From an uncultured Chloroflexia bacterium (lineage in GTDB: Bacteria > Chloroflexota > Limnocylindria > Limnocylindrales > CSP1-4): a stretch of 64,000 nucleotides of DNA. This document shows positions 55,370 through 64,000 of this stretch, piece after piece (position 1 is the stretch's first letter; every line of letters begins with the position of its first letter). The translations under genes and the position numbers were made by a program. Under the pieces are notes generated by a model. That model had not been told where the DNA came from. It ran no database searches and worked only from the letters and a program-made list of their open reading frames with translations. The stretch spans positions 128,001 to 192,000 of the forward strand of contig CAVPPB010000002.1 in NCBI GenBank assembly GCA_963707215.1. The letters are read 5' to 3'.

Positions 55370-56469
55370 GCACGAGCGAGCCGTTGACCACGACCGAGCC
55401 GGACTTCGCGACCAGCGCGGAGGCGATCGCGGCGGCCCGCGCCAGGCTCTCCGACGTGGCGTGGGATCGCCTCGTCGGGGCCGCGGAGTCCGAGTCGACG
55501 GCGCTCCGGAACCGCCTGGCGCTGGACTGCATCGCGTTGCGGCCGCGCGTGCTCGTGGGGGTGGCCGACGTGGACCCGTCAACGACCGTCCTGGGGCAGC
55601 GCGTCCGCATCCCGGTCCTGCTCGCCAACATCGGCGATCCGGAGGCCCTGTCGCCGGCTGGCTACGAGGCCGTGATGGAGGTCGCATCAGGGGCCGGAAG
55701 CATCCCGTTCGTGGCCCGGAGGGCAGAGGCTCGACCCGGGGCGAGAGCCGGGTCGCACGTCGTCACGTCGGGCTCACCGCGTCCGATCCTGGAGCTCCCG
55801 GCCCACGACCCGGACACCCTGTCGTCCGACCTCGTCGAGCGTGCAGCGGACCGCGGCTACGCGGCGCTGTGCCTCAGCCTGGTCCCGCACCGGGCCGGTC
55901 GACGGGAGCGCGAGCCATGCGAACCGCGGCCGCTACCGCGACGGCTCCGCGATGTCTGGCGGGTCGTGGCGGAGGTCCGTGGGCGCACCACGCTCCCGCT
56001 CGTGGTCAAGGGGGTGATGGGTGGGGAGGATGCCCGGATGGCGATCGACCAGGGCTGTGCCGGGATCTACGTCTCCAACCTCGGAGGTCGCGCACTCGAC
56101 CACGCCGAGGGGACGATCGACGTGCTGCCCGAGGTCGTGGCCGCGGTGAACGGCCGAGCCGAGGTGATCGTGGACGGCGGGTTCACGCGAGGCACCGACA
56201 TGGTCAAGGCGCTGGCCTGCGGTGCCCGAGCGGTCGCCATCGGACGCCTCCAGGGCTTCGGACTGGCGGCCGGTGGGGCTGCCGGCCTTGGGAGGATCCT
56301 CGAGATCCTGGAGGACGAGCTGCGGATCGCGATGTCGCTGCTGGGCGCGCAGACGGTCGGTGACCTCGGTCCGGGCAACCTCGCCCACGACGCCCTCCCG
56401 GTCCAGCTCCCGGGCGAGCCCGGCGCCCCCGCTCGGAACGCGGCCGGTCCCGGGAGGCCGACCGCCTGA
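55366..56469 (+). CDS. FMN-dependent alpha-hydroxy acid oxidase family protein B (catalytic His replaced by Leu)
   Basis: GAAESESTALRN, LRPRVL, PLVVKGV, VSNLGGRALD, DGGFTRGTDMVKALACGA; ATGA overlap with A. Confidence 0.88.
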   Translation: MSTSEPLTTTEPDFATSAEAIAAARARLSDVAWDRLVGAAESESTALRNRLALDCIALRPRVLVGVADVDPSTTVLGQRVRIPVLLANIGDPEALSPAGYEAVMEVASGAGSIPFVARRAEARPGARAGSHVVTSGSPRPILELPAHDPDTLSSDLVERAADRGYAALCLSLVPHRAGRREREPCEPRPLPRRLRDVWRVVAEVRGRTTLPLVVKGVMGGEDARMAIDQGCAGIYVSNLGGRALDHAEGTIDVLPEVVAAVNGRAEVIVDGGFTRGTDMVKALACGARAVAIGRLQGFGLAAGGAAGLGRILEILEDELRIAMSLLGAQTVGDLGPGNLAHDALPVQLPGEPGAPARNAAGPGRPTA

Positions 56470-56498
56470 CGGTCTCCCGGTGCCAGCAGTCGGCCGGT

Positions 56499-57171
56499 TC
56501 AGCCCGAGCGCAGCAGCAGGTGCCAGTAGGCCCAGCCGCCCTGGGCCTCGCTGTCCGCGTCGACGATCTCGAGCCCCTCGGTCTCGAGCCAGCGGGTCAC
56601 CCGCTGGCGACCCGGGTAGTAGTGGTAGCCGGCGACGTCGCCCTCGACGACCTCGCCGCGGACCGCGGGCAGGCCCCGGCCAGTGAGCTCCGCGACCGCC
56701 TCGTCGATCACGGCCTCGTCGACCTCCTCGACGGTCAGGTAGAGGTGGCCGCCCGGCCGGACGGCACGGTGGACGTTGGCAAGGACGAGCGGCCAGTCCT
56801 CGGGCGCGACGTTCTCCATCGCATCGATCGTCATGACCGCGTCGAACTCGCGCTCGAAGGCCAGCTCCTGGAGGCCGATCCGGTGCAGGTCAAGGGCGAT
56901 CCCCTTGCGCGCCGCCTGCTCGAGCATCCGGGCCGACTGGTCGATGCCGACGACCCGACGTCCCGCCGCGGCCACGAGCGGGAAGTACCGGCCGGTGCCG
57001 CACGGTGCGTCGAGGACCAGCCCGTCCGCTGGGCACGTGGCCAGGAGGCGGTCCACGAAGACGCGCTGCATCTCGGCGGGGTAGGGATCGTCGTCGAAGG
57101 TCGGAGGCCTCCGCGTCGTAGGCCGCCCGGGTCGCGGCCCGCCGCTCGTCCAGCCAGGCTCGGCGATCCAC
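56499..57171 (-). pseudogene. Class I SAM-dependent methyltransferase with a +1 frameshift near 57105 (possibly a sequencing error)
   Basis: MDRRAWLDERRAATRAAYDAEA joins PTFDDDPYPAEMQ..VLDAPCGTGRY..GIDQS if one base is removed. Confidence 0.75.
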
Positions 57172-57172
57172 C

Positions 57173-57877
57173 TCAGGACCTCCCCGGCTCGACGGGTCCG
57201 GCGCCGGGGTCTCGATCCGCTTCCAGGAGGCGCTCGAGGCCGTCGAGGATGAGGTCGAGCCCGAACTCGAAGTCGATCCGGAGGGCCTGCGGGGCGGAGG
57301 TGACCAGCTCGATCATGGCGACCAGGTTGGGGTACTCGCCCGCCGGGAGCTCCCGGCCCATCGCCGCGGCCATCTCCGGGCCATCCTCCATGTCGTACGA
57401 CCAGCTCTGCTCCTGGAGCGTGAAGCCGTAGGTGTGGCTGTCGAGGGCCATGAATGCCCGCCCGATGACCGGCATCGCGAACCCCGCCTTGGCCAGCACG
57501 CCGATCACCGAATCGACGTAGCGGAGCCTGGCCGGTCCCAGATGGAGCCGCGACTCCAGCAGGCCGCTGGCCCAGGGGTGCCGCCGGAGGACCTCGTGGG
57601 CCGAGATCGCGCTTCGTCGGATGGCGGTCCTCCAGTAGGTCTCGAACGAGGGGACCTCGAACTCGGCCGTGATCAGGTCGGCCACCCCGTCGAGGAGGTC
57701 CTCCTTGTTCCGGACGTGGTTGTAGAGGGACATCGCCTCGACCCCGAGGGCCTGGCCGAGCCTGCGCATGCTGAGGGACCCGATCCCGCGTTCGTCGGCA
57801 AGGTCGACCGCAGTCCGAAGGACCCGGTCCCGGGTCAGGGGGGCGCGTGGGGCGGGAACCTGCTCGGTGGACGTCAT
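57173..57877 (-). CDS. TetR family regulator with TetR_C domain
   Basis: LTRDRVLRTAVDLADERG..LSMRRLGQALGVEAMSLYNHV; FEFGLDLILDGL. Confidence 0.93.
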   Translation of the reverse strand: MTSTEQVPAPRAPLTRDRVLRTAVDLADERGIGSLSMRRLGQALGVEAMSLYNHVRNKEDLLDGVADLITAEFEVPSFETYWRTAIRRSAISAHEVLRRHPWASGLLESRLHLGPARLRYVDSVIGVLAKAGFAMPVIGRAFMALDSHTYGFTLQEQSWSYDMEDGPEMAAAMGRELPAGEYPNLVAMIELVTSAPQALRIDFEFGLDLILDGLERLLEADRDPGAGPVEPGRS

Positions 57878-57899
57878 CGGCGTGGGCCTCGGATAGGGC

Positions 57900-57950
57900 T
57901 TGACAAACTTACGGTGTACATATACCTTACACCGTACGCTTACAGTGTAC
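57900..57950 (+). promoter_or_regulatory. Sigma70 promoter with three TetR-type operator repeats
   Basis: TTGACA (57900) - 17 bp - TACCTT (57923); CTTACGGTGTAC (57908), CTTACACCGTAC (57926), CTTACAGTGTAC (57939). Confidence 0.8.
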
Positions 57951-58011
57951 ACCCTGACCTGCGGGACGGCTACCGGACCAGGCAGGTCGCATCGATGCGA
58001 GGGGAGCCGAC

Positions 58012-58998
58012 ATGCCGACCACCATGACCGCCATCGTCCAGGACCGCTACGGCCCGCTCGACCGGGTCCTCGAGCTCGCCGAGGTCGATCGACCCACGGT
58101 CGGCGACAGCGAGGTCCTGGTCCGCGTCCACGCCGCGTCCATCCACGTCGGCGACGTGTTCGTCGCGAAGGGCGTCCCGTACCTGTTCCGCCCCACGTAC
58201 GGGCTGCGCCGCCCCAAGCAGCGGATCCCGGGGACGGACCTCGCCGGGACCGTCGAGGCGGTCGGTCCGAAGGCAGGCCGCTTCAAGCCAGGGGACACCG
58301 TGTTCGGCTGGTGTAGCGGCGCTTTCGCGGAGTACGTCGCGGTCGCCGAGGAGGCGCTGGCGCTGATGCCGGCCGATCTCACGTTCGAGGAGGCTGCCGC
58401 GCTCGGAGTCTCGGCGATGACCGCGCTCCAGGCGCTCCGTGACCAGGCCGGGGTCCGACCGGGCCAGAAGATCCTGGTCAACGGGGCGGCCGGCGGCGTC
58501 GGCACCTTCGCGGTGCAGATCGCCAAGTCCCTCGGTGCCGAGGTCACCGGCGTGTGCAGCACCCGGAGCGTGGATCTCGTCCGGTCCCTCGGCGCCGACC
58601 GCGTCATCGACTACACGCGCCAGGATTTCACCAAGGGTGGCGAGCGGTACGACGTCATCCTCGACAACGTCGGCAACCACTCGCTGAGGGCCACTCGTCG
58701 AGCCCTCGCCCCGGACGGGATCCTGCTCGCCAACGGGTCCGACGTCGGCGGCTGGCTCGTTGGGATCGGCCGCCCGATCAAGGCGATGGTCTCGTCGATC
58801 TTCGTGCGCCAGCAGGGCCGCCCGTTCTTGTCGACGCCGACCGCTGCCGACCTCTTCCACCTGAAGGAGCTCGCTGAGTCGGGCCGGGTCAGGCCGGTCA
58901 TCGATCGCACCTATCCCCTGGTCGAGGGGGCCCGGGCCATGCTCTACGTCGCCGAGCGACATGCCCAGGGGACGACCGTCATCACCACCGCCTCATAG
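58012..58998 (+). CDS. NAD(P)-dependent MDR oxidoreductase (zinc-independent, quinone-reductase-like)
   Basis: PGTDLAGTVEAVG, GAFAEY, NGAAGGVGTFAVQIAK, PVIDRTYPL. Confidence 0.92.
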   Translation: MPTTMTAIVQDRYGPLDRVLELAEVDRPTVGDSEVLVRVHAASIHVGDVFVAKGVPYLFRPTYGLRRPKQRIPGTDLAGTVEAVGPKAGRFKPGDTVFGWCSGAFAEYVAVAEEALALMPADLTFEEAAALGVSAMTALQALRDQAGVRPGQKILVNGAAGGVGTFAVQIAKSLGAEVTGVCSTRSVDLVRSLGADRVIDYTRQDFTKGGERYDVILDNVGNHSLRATRRALAPDGILLANGSDVGGWLVGIGRPIKAMVSSIFVRQQGRPFLSTPTAADLFHLKELAESGRVRPVIDRTYPLVEGARAMLYVAERHAQGTTVITTAS

Positions 58999-59016
58999 CA
59001 CCAGGAGAAGCCTCCG

Positions 59017-59532
59017 ATGTTCATCCAGCTGCTCGTCCTCGCCGGCGCCGCGCTGGTCGCGATCGCCGCCGCGCTCGCTCTCTTCCTGCTCGGGATGCGG
59101 GCGAAGTCGCCGCTCGTGATGAAGCCCGTCATCTGGCTCAGCCGGGCCTTCATGAACCCGATGCAGATGCGCACGGCGGGCACGCCCGGCGCCTACGCCT
59201 CGGTGATCCGTCACCGTGGGCGGGTATCGGGCAAGCCCTACGAGACTCCTGTCGGCGTCCTCGCCGTCGATGACGACTTCCTCATCACCCTGCCGTATGG
59301 GACGTCCGCCCAGTGGCTCCGGAACGTGCTCGCGGCCGGGTCGGCGACCCTGGTCACCGAGGGCCGGACCTACGAGGTCGACCACCCCGAGCTCGTCCCG
59401 ATGGCGACGGTCGAGGCTCACTTCCCGGCCAGCGAGATCCGGAGCGCCCGTCTCTTCCGGGTCGACCAGTGCCTCCGGCTCCACCGGGCCGGCGCCACCG
59501 CGTGGGAACCGTCGTCCGCCCGGGCCGCATAG
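59017..59532 (+). CDS. Deazaflavin(F420)-dependent nitroreductase-like (Ddn/split beta-barrel) protein with N-terminal TM
   Basis: HRGRVSGKPYETPV, LPYG..AQWLRNVLAAG. Confidence 0.8.
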   Translation: MFIQLLVLAGAALVAIAAALALFLLGMRAKSPLVMKPVIWLSRAFMNPMQMRTAGTPGAYASVIRHRGRVSGKPYETPVGVLAVDDDFLITLPYGTSAQWLRNVLAAGSATLVTEGRTYEVDHPELVPMATVEAHFPASEIRSARLFRVDQCLRLHRAGATAWEPSSARAA

Positions 59533-59592
59533 GCGGGCGGCCCGCCGACAGGAGCGTCGCGGCGGCCGACCCGAGACCGGCCGCCGGCGCGA

Positions 59593-60210
59593 TCAGGCCG
59601 GCGGCATCGCGAGGATAGCCTCGAGCGCCGGCACGGCCCGGTCGAAGGTGCTCGCCACGGCCTCGGCCGGGTCACCCTCACCGTCCCCGCCAAGCCACGC
59701 CGCGATCCCCGCCCTCAGGACTGCGACCGTGGCGTGGGCGACGATCCGGGGGCGCGGATCCTGCTCGAGGTCGACGCCAAGATCGGTGGCGACCTCGGCT
59801 GCCAGGGCATCCTCCCAGCGGACCTGGTACGCGAACGCCGCGGCCGCCACCGCCGGCTCCAGCTGCCCGACACGAACCTCGGCGCGAACGAGCTCGGGTT
59901 CGAAGTAGGCGGTCGCCAGGGCGACGACCCCGCGGCGCAGGGCGGCGATCGTCGGCTCCTCGGGCGGGCCGTCCGCGAGGGCGACGTGGAGCGCGGCGAG
60001 CTTGCCCTCGGGGTCGACGATGAAGACCTCCTCCTTGCTGGCGAAGTAGCGGAAGAAGGTCCGCCGCGAGACGTTCGCCGCGGCGGCGATGTCGTCGATC
60101 GTCGTCGCCGCATAGCCCCGCTCCTCGAAGAGGCGCATCGCGGCCCGCGCCAGCGCGAGCCTGGTCGCGATCTTCTTGCGCTCGCGGAGTCCCCGGGGGA
60201 TCGGCTCCAT
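59593..60210 (-). CDS. TetR family regulator
   Basis: GLRERKK..F.ERGY..TTIDDIAAAANVSRRTFFRYFASKE. Confidence 0.93.
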   Translation of the reverse strand: MEPIPRGLRERKKIATRLALARAAMRLFEERGYAATTIDDIAAAANVSRRTFFRYFASKEEVFIVDPEGKLAALHVALADGPPEEPTIAALRRGVVALATAYFEPELVRAEVRVGQLEPAVAAAAFAYQVRWEDALAAEVATDLGVDLEQDPRPRIVAHATVAVLRAGIAAWLGGDGEGDPAEAVASTFDRAVPALEAILAMPPA

Positions 60211-60216
60211 GCCCCG

Positions 60217-60294
60217 ACCGTACGGCCGGTGTCCGGGAGTGTCAAGTGCCACAATGTGCCAACTGGCACTAGATGCATATGGCACGGAGTGCCA
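60217..60294. promoter_or_regulatory. Divergent tetR/MFS control region: minus-strand promoter and GTGCCA-based palindromes
   Basis: Minus-strand TTGACA (60245-60240) - 17 bp - TACGGT (60222-60217), ATG 6 nt later; GTGCCAACTGGCAC (60256), TGGCACGGAGTGCCA (60280). Confidence 0.7.
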
Positions 60295-60386
60295 CCATCC
60301 ACGACGTCGCGGGTCACCGGTGCGGACAGGTCGCCGCGACGACGGTGCGTCGCTCAACGGGTCCGTCAGTGCGAAGGAGGCCCGTG

Positions 60387-62085
60387 ATGGCGCTCCGGAC
60401 ATCTCGTCCCAGCCCCTCCGCTGCCGAGCTGGCCGACCGCTACGTCGAGCTGCCCACGCGGGCCCTGCGCGGCGTCCTGGCCAGCCTTGCGCTGGTGATG
60501 CTGGCGGCATCGCTCGACTCGACCGCGGTCGGCACCGCCCTGCCGCGGATCGTGGCCGATCTGCACGGCAACGAGCTGTACGCCTGGGTCTTCACCATCT
60601 ACCTGCTGACCATGACGGCGACGATGCCGGTCTGGGGCTCGCTGTCCGACCGGTTCGGGCGGCGGACCGTCCTCTTCATCGGGGTCGTCATCTTCCTCGC
60701 CGGGTCGATGCTCTGCGGCCTGAGCCAGGAGATGTGGCAGCTCATCCTCTTCCGTGGTCTCCAGGGCCTGGGTGCCGGGGCCATCGTGCCGATCTCTCTG
60801 GCGACCATCGGCGACCTGTTCCCACCCGCCGACCGGGCGCGCCTGCAGGCCGCCTTCAGCTCGCTCTTCGTGCTGGCCTTCCTCATCGGACCCACGCTGG
60901 GCGGCGTCCTGACGGACACCATCGGGTGGCGCTGGGTCTTCTACATCAACCTGCCCGGTCGGCCTGGTCGCCCTCGCGGTCATGGGTCGGTTCATGCCGC
61001 CGCTCCGCAGCACCGTCGAGCGACGGGCCTTCGACCGGCTCGGTGTCGTGCTCTTCACGGCTGCGGTCGTGCCCTTCCTCATCGGCGTCCGGAACCTCCC
61101 GGACGGCGCCATCGCGGACCCGACCGTCGGCGGCCTCATGCTGCTGGGCCTCGGGTTCGCGGCCGCCTTCCTGGTCGCCGAGATGCGGGCGACCGAGCCG
61201 ATCGTGCCGGTCCGCCTCTTCCGTGACCCTACCTTCGCGGTGGCGTCGATCGTCGTGCTCCTGGCGGTGGCCGGGCTGTTCGTCTCGATCGTCTTCATGC
61301 CGCGGTACTTCCAGTTCGTCCACGGCGCCAGTGCCACCGAGTCCGGCTGGCAGATCATGACCCTGCTGCTCGGGCTGATCGTGGGCGCGGTCGGCTGCGG
61401 CCAGATCGTGGCCAGGACGGGGCGCTGGAAGGTCCTGCTCCTCGGAGCGATGGCGCTCGGCACGGGCGGCATGCTCCTGCTCTCGCAGCTCCGGGCCGAC
61501 ACACCGATGCCGCTCGTCTGGGCCGCGATGTTCCTCACCGGCCTCGGGCTCGGTCCCATCTCGTCGGTGCTCACGGCTGTCGTCCAGACGACGGTGCCGG
61601 CGGCCGTCATGGGCGTCGCGACCAGCACCCTGACCTTCTTCCGCCAGCTGGGTGCATCGATCTGGCTGGCCATCAGCGGCTCGGTCTTCTCGGCCGCGTT
61701 CCGGGACCTGCTGCCGGTCCGGATGACCGAGAACGGTGTCCCGAGCGAGCTGGCCACCGGCCTCACCTCGGGAACCGGTGCCGTGGCCTCGGAGGCATCG
61801 GCGAACGTCGGCGACCTCGGCGCCTCCATCCTGGCCGCGCTTCCGACCGAGGCCCGAGCGGTCGTCGAGCCGCTGATCGGCGGCATCGTGACGGCGATGC
61901 ACGAGGCCTTCAGCCTGGCCACCGGAACGGCGTTCTGGATCGGGATCGTGGCCGTGCTGGCCGCCTTCGTGATCCTCCTGCCGCTCCAGGAAACGCGTCT
62001 GCCGCTCGAGCGCCTGGCCGAGATCCGGGGTCGGGCGAGCTCGACCCCGGGATCTGCTCCCGCCGAGGCGCCGGCCGCGTCATAG
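60387..62085 (+). pseudogene. DHA2 family MFS transporter with a +1 frameshift near 60957 (possibly a sequencing error)
   Basis: LDSTAVGTALP..SDRFGRR..WRWVFYINLP continues as VGLVALAVMGRF.. in another frame; ctgcccGgtcggc has one extra base. Confidence 0.8.
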
Positions 62086-62193
62086 CGGGCGACGTACGGG
62101 ACCGCCGTCGACGGGTCGGTTGGCCCTGTCGACGGCGGTCGGCCGCTCGCTAGGGTCGTCACCGTCGATGGTCTTCCGTGGAGGTGCCGGCCG

Positions 62194-62616
62194 GTGAGAG
62201 TGGCGATCGTCTACGACAGCGAGACGGGCACGACGCGGAGGGCGGCCGAGGCGATGGCCGACATCGTCCGGGCGGCCGGCCACGACTGCAGCGTCGGCCC
62301 GATCCACGAGGCCGACGCCGCGTCGGTCGCCGCGGCCGATGCCATCTGCGTCGGCTGCTGGACCCAGGGCCTCTTCATCGTGGCCCAGCATCCGACCGAC
62401 CGGGCGATGCTCTTCATCGACCGGCTGCCGCCGCTCGAGGGCAGGCCGGCCGCTGTCTTCACGACGTACAAGCTGGCCGTGGGCTCGATGCTGGATCAGC
62501 TGGCGACCCGGCTGGAGGGCCGAGGTGCCCGGGTCAGCGGCCGGTTCAAGGCCCGCGGCGGTCGGGCAGGGAAGGGCTTCGATGCCTGGGCGCGGAGCCT
62601 CCCCGGCAGCGCCTGA
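62194..62616 (+). CDS. Flavodoxin-like protein
   Basis: IVYDSETGTTRRAAEAM FMN loop; ADAICVG; AAVFTTY; GGAGG RBS. Confidence 0.82.
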   Translation: MRVAIVYDSETGTTRRAAEAMADIVRAAGHDCSVGPIHEADAASVAAADAICVGCWTQGLFIVAQHPTDRAMLFIDRLPPLEGRPAAVFTTYKLAVGSMLDQLATRLEGRGARVSGRFKARGGRAGKGFDAWARSLPGSA

Positions 62617-62638
62617 CCGCTCGGGCGCTGACGCGAGC

Positions 62639-63469
62639 GTGAGACCCAGGTCGAGTCGCGACGCCGCGCCTGCGCGGCCGGGAGTCGCCGCCACCGAGAT
62701 CGCCCCGGACGTCTTCTGCATCGGCCCGCACGGCCGGACTCAGACCAACGTCTACCTCGTCCGCGACGGATCGTCGTGGGCCCTGGTCGACGCGGGCTGG
62801 GCGGGCGACGCGTCCCGCATCCGCGCCGCCGTCGGGTCGCTGCTGGGCCCGGACTCGACGCCGGCGGCGATCCTGCTGACCCACGTCCACCCCGACCACG
62901 AGGGGTCGGCCCGCGAGCTGGCGCAGGCCTGGGGCTGCCCGGTGCTGGTCCACCCGGCCGAGCTGGCGATCGCCACCGGCGACTTCGCCGTGATGCAGCG
63001 CTTCGCGGGCCCGCTCGACCGCTGGCTGATCCTGCCGACGATGCGGGCGATCGGGAGGCGTCGCCGGGAGGCGATCCTCGCCCGTGGCAGCCTGGCCGGG
63101 GTGGTGGCGGCCCTCGAGCCGGACGGCGCGATCCCGGGCCTGGGTGCCTGGCGCTGGATCCCCACGCCTGGCCACACCCCCGGTCACGTCTCATACGTCC
63201 GGGTCGCGGATCGAATCGCCATCACCGGCGATGCGCTGGTGACGCTGGCCGTGAACTCCGTCGCCGGTGCTCTGGCGGGTCGTCAGGGCTTGTCCGCGCC
63301 ACCGTGGTACACGACCTGGGATCGGGCGGCCGCGACCCGGTCGATCGAGGCGATCGCCGCGCTCGAACCGACGGTCCTGGGCGGCGGCCACGGTCGCCCG
63401 TTGACCGGACCCGGCACGGCGGAAGCCGTCCGTGGGTTCGCCTCCCGCGTCGCTCGCCGATCGGGCTGA
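62639..63469 (+). CDS. MBL-fold metallo-hydrolase
   Basis: NVYLV, LVDAG, THVHPDH, TPGHTPGH, GDA, GGHG; start approximate. Confidence 0.9.
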   Translation: MRPRSSRDAAPARPGVAATEIAPDVFCIGPHGRTQTNVYLVRDGSSWALVDAGWAGDASRIRAAVGSLLGPDSTPAAILLTHVHPDHEGSARELAQAWGCPVLVHPAELAIATGDFAVMQRFAGPLDRWLILPTMRAIGRRRREAILARGSLAGVVAALEPDGAIPGLGAWRWIPTPGHTPGHVSYVRVADRIAITGDALVTLAVNSVAGALAGRQGLSAPPWYTTWDRAAATRSIEAIAALEPTVLGGGHGRPLTGPGTAEAVRGFASRVARRSG

Positions 63470-63504
63470 CCCACCGTCGCCCGGAGAGGGCGCATCATGG
63501 GCCC

Positions 63505-64000
63505 ATGCGGATCCGTGATTTCGGCGTCGAGCAGTGGATGAACCGCTGGGAGACCCGCTGCACCCATAACCTGGCAGAGACGTGCGTGGCCTCGATCACG
63601 GTCGATGAGCTGCTGGACCTGGCCGGCATCACGCGCGAGGAGCTGACCGCCGAGCTCGCCCCGCTGCGCCTGACGTACGGGGCGATCGAGGGTTCGGAGC
63701 GGCTGCGGGCGGCGATCGCCGACCTCTACGAGACGGCGCGGGCCGAGGACGTCCTCGTCATGCATGGGGCCATCGGGGCCAACGCCCTGGCCTGGCAGTC
63801 GCTCGTCGAGTCGGGCGACGTGGTGATCTCGCTCGTCCCGACGTACCAGCAGCACACCGCGATCCCGGAGAGCCTGGGTGCCGAGGTCCGCGAGCTGCGC
63901 CTGCGCGAGGATGACGGCTGGCTGCCCGACATGGACGAGCTCCGTCGCCTGGCAGCGGACGGGGTCCGGGCCATCGCCCTGGTCAACCCGAACAATCCGA
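63505..64000 (+). CDS. PLP-dependent aminotransferase class I/II (runs off window end)
   Basis: Hand translation MRIRDFGVEQWMN..NLAETC..YGAIEGS..GAIGAN..PTYQQH..LVNPNNP. Confidence 0.88.
   Translation, partial: MRIRDFGVEQWMNRWETRCTHNLAETCVASITVDELLDLAGITREELTAELAPLRLTYGAIEGSERLRAAIADLYETARAEDVLVMHGAIGANALAWQSLVESGDVVISLVPTYQQHTAIPESLGAEVRELRLREDDGWLPDMDELRRLAADGVRAIALVNPNNP

Noticed and set aside
54305-60210. Mycofactocin system (MftD-like oxidases, MftR-like TetR)
   Set aside because: No mftA precursor, mftB, radical-SAM mftC or mftE in the window.

Overview
64 kb of chromosomal DNA from a high-GC bacterium (roughly 70%+ by eye; gene content fits Chloroflexota such as Limnocylindria, or Actinomycetota, which is inference only). 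No rRNA, tRNA, CRISPR array, integrase or transposase was recognised. Main content: three non-pyrrolysine MttB-family methyltransferases; a TetR-headed, translationally coupled menaquinone operon (menF-D-H-B-A-C-E-G) lacking menI but with an extra alpha/beta hydrolase fused to MenE; mixed accessory genes (TetR/MFS pairs with visible operators, a 3xPAS adenylate cyclase, a beta-helix surface protein with three nucleotide-identical CWB2 repeats); and a respiratory module (hexaheme cyt c, NrfC-like Fe-S protein, NrfD, octaheme cyt c) with no catalytic subunit. That module is bracketed by two NarL/LuxR regulators sharing 558 identical bp but with different HTH ends. Their receiver domains have lost the phosphorylation residues and carry a C-x7-C-x22-C-x-C motif, making this the best candidate for an undescribed kinase-independent redox/metal-sensing system. 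Also present: a tandem pair of FMN alpha-hydroxy-acid oxidase homologues (one lacking the catalytic His), a probable ATC-initiated glycosyltransferase, two gene remnants and two single-base frameshifts. All calls come from motif reading; no database searches were run.
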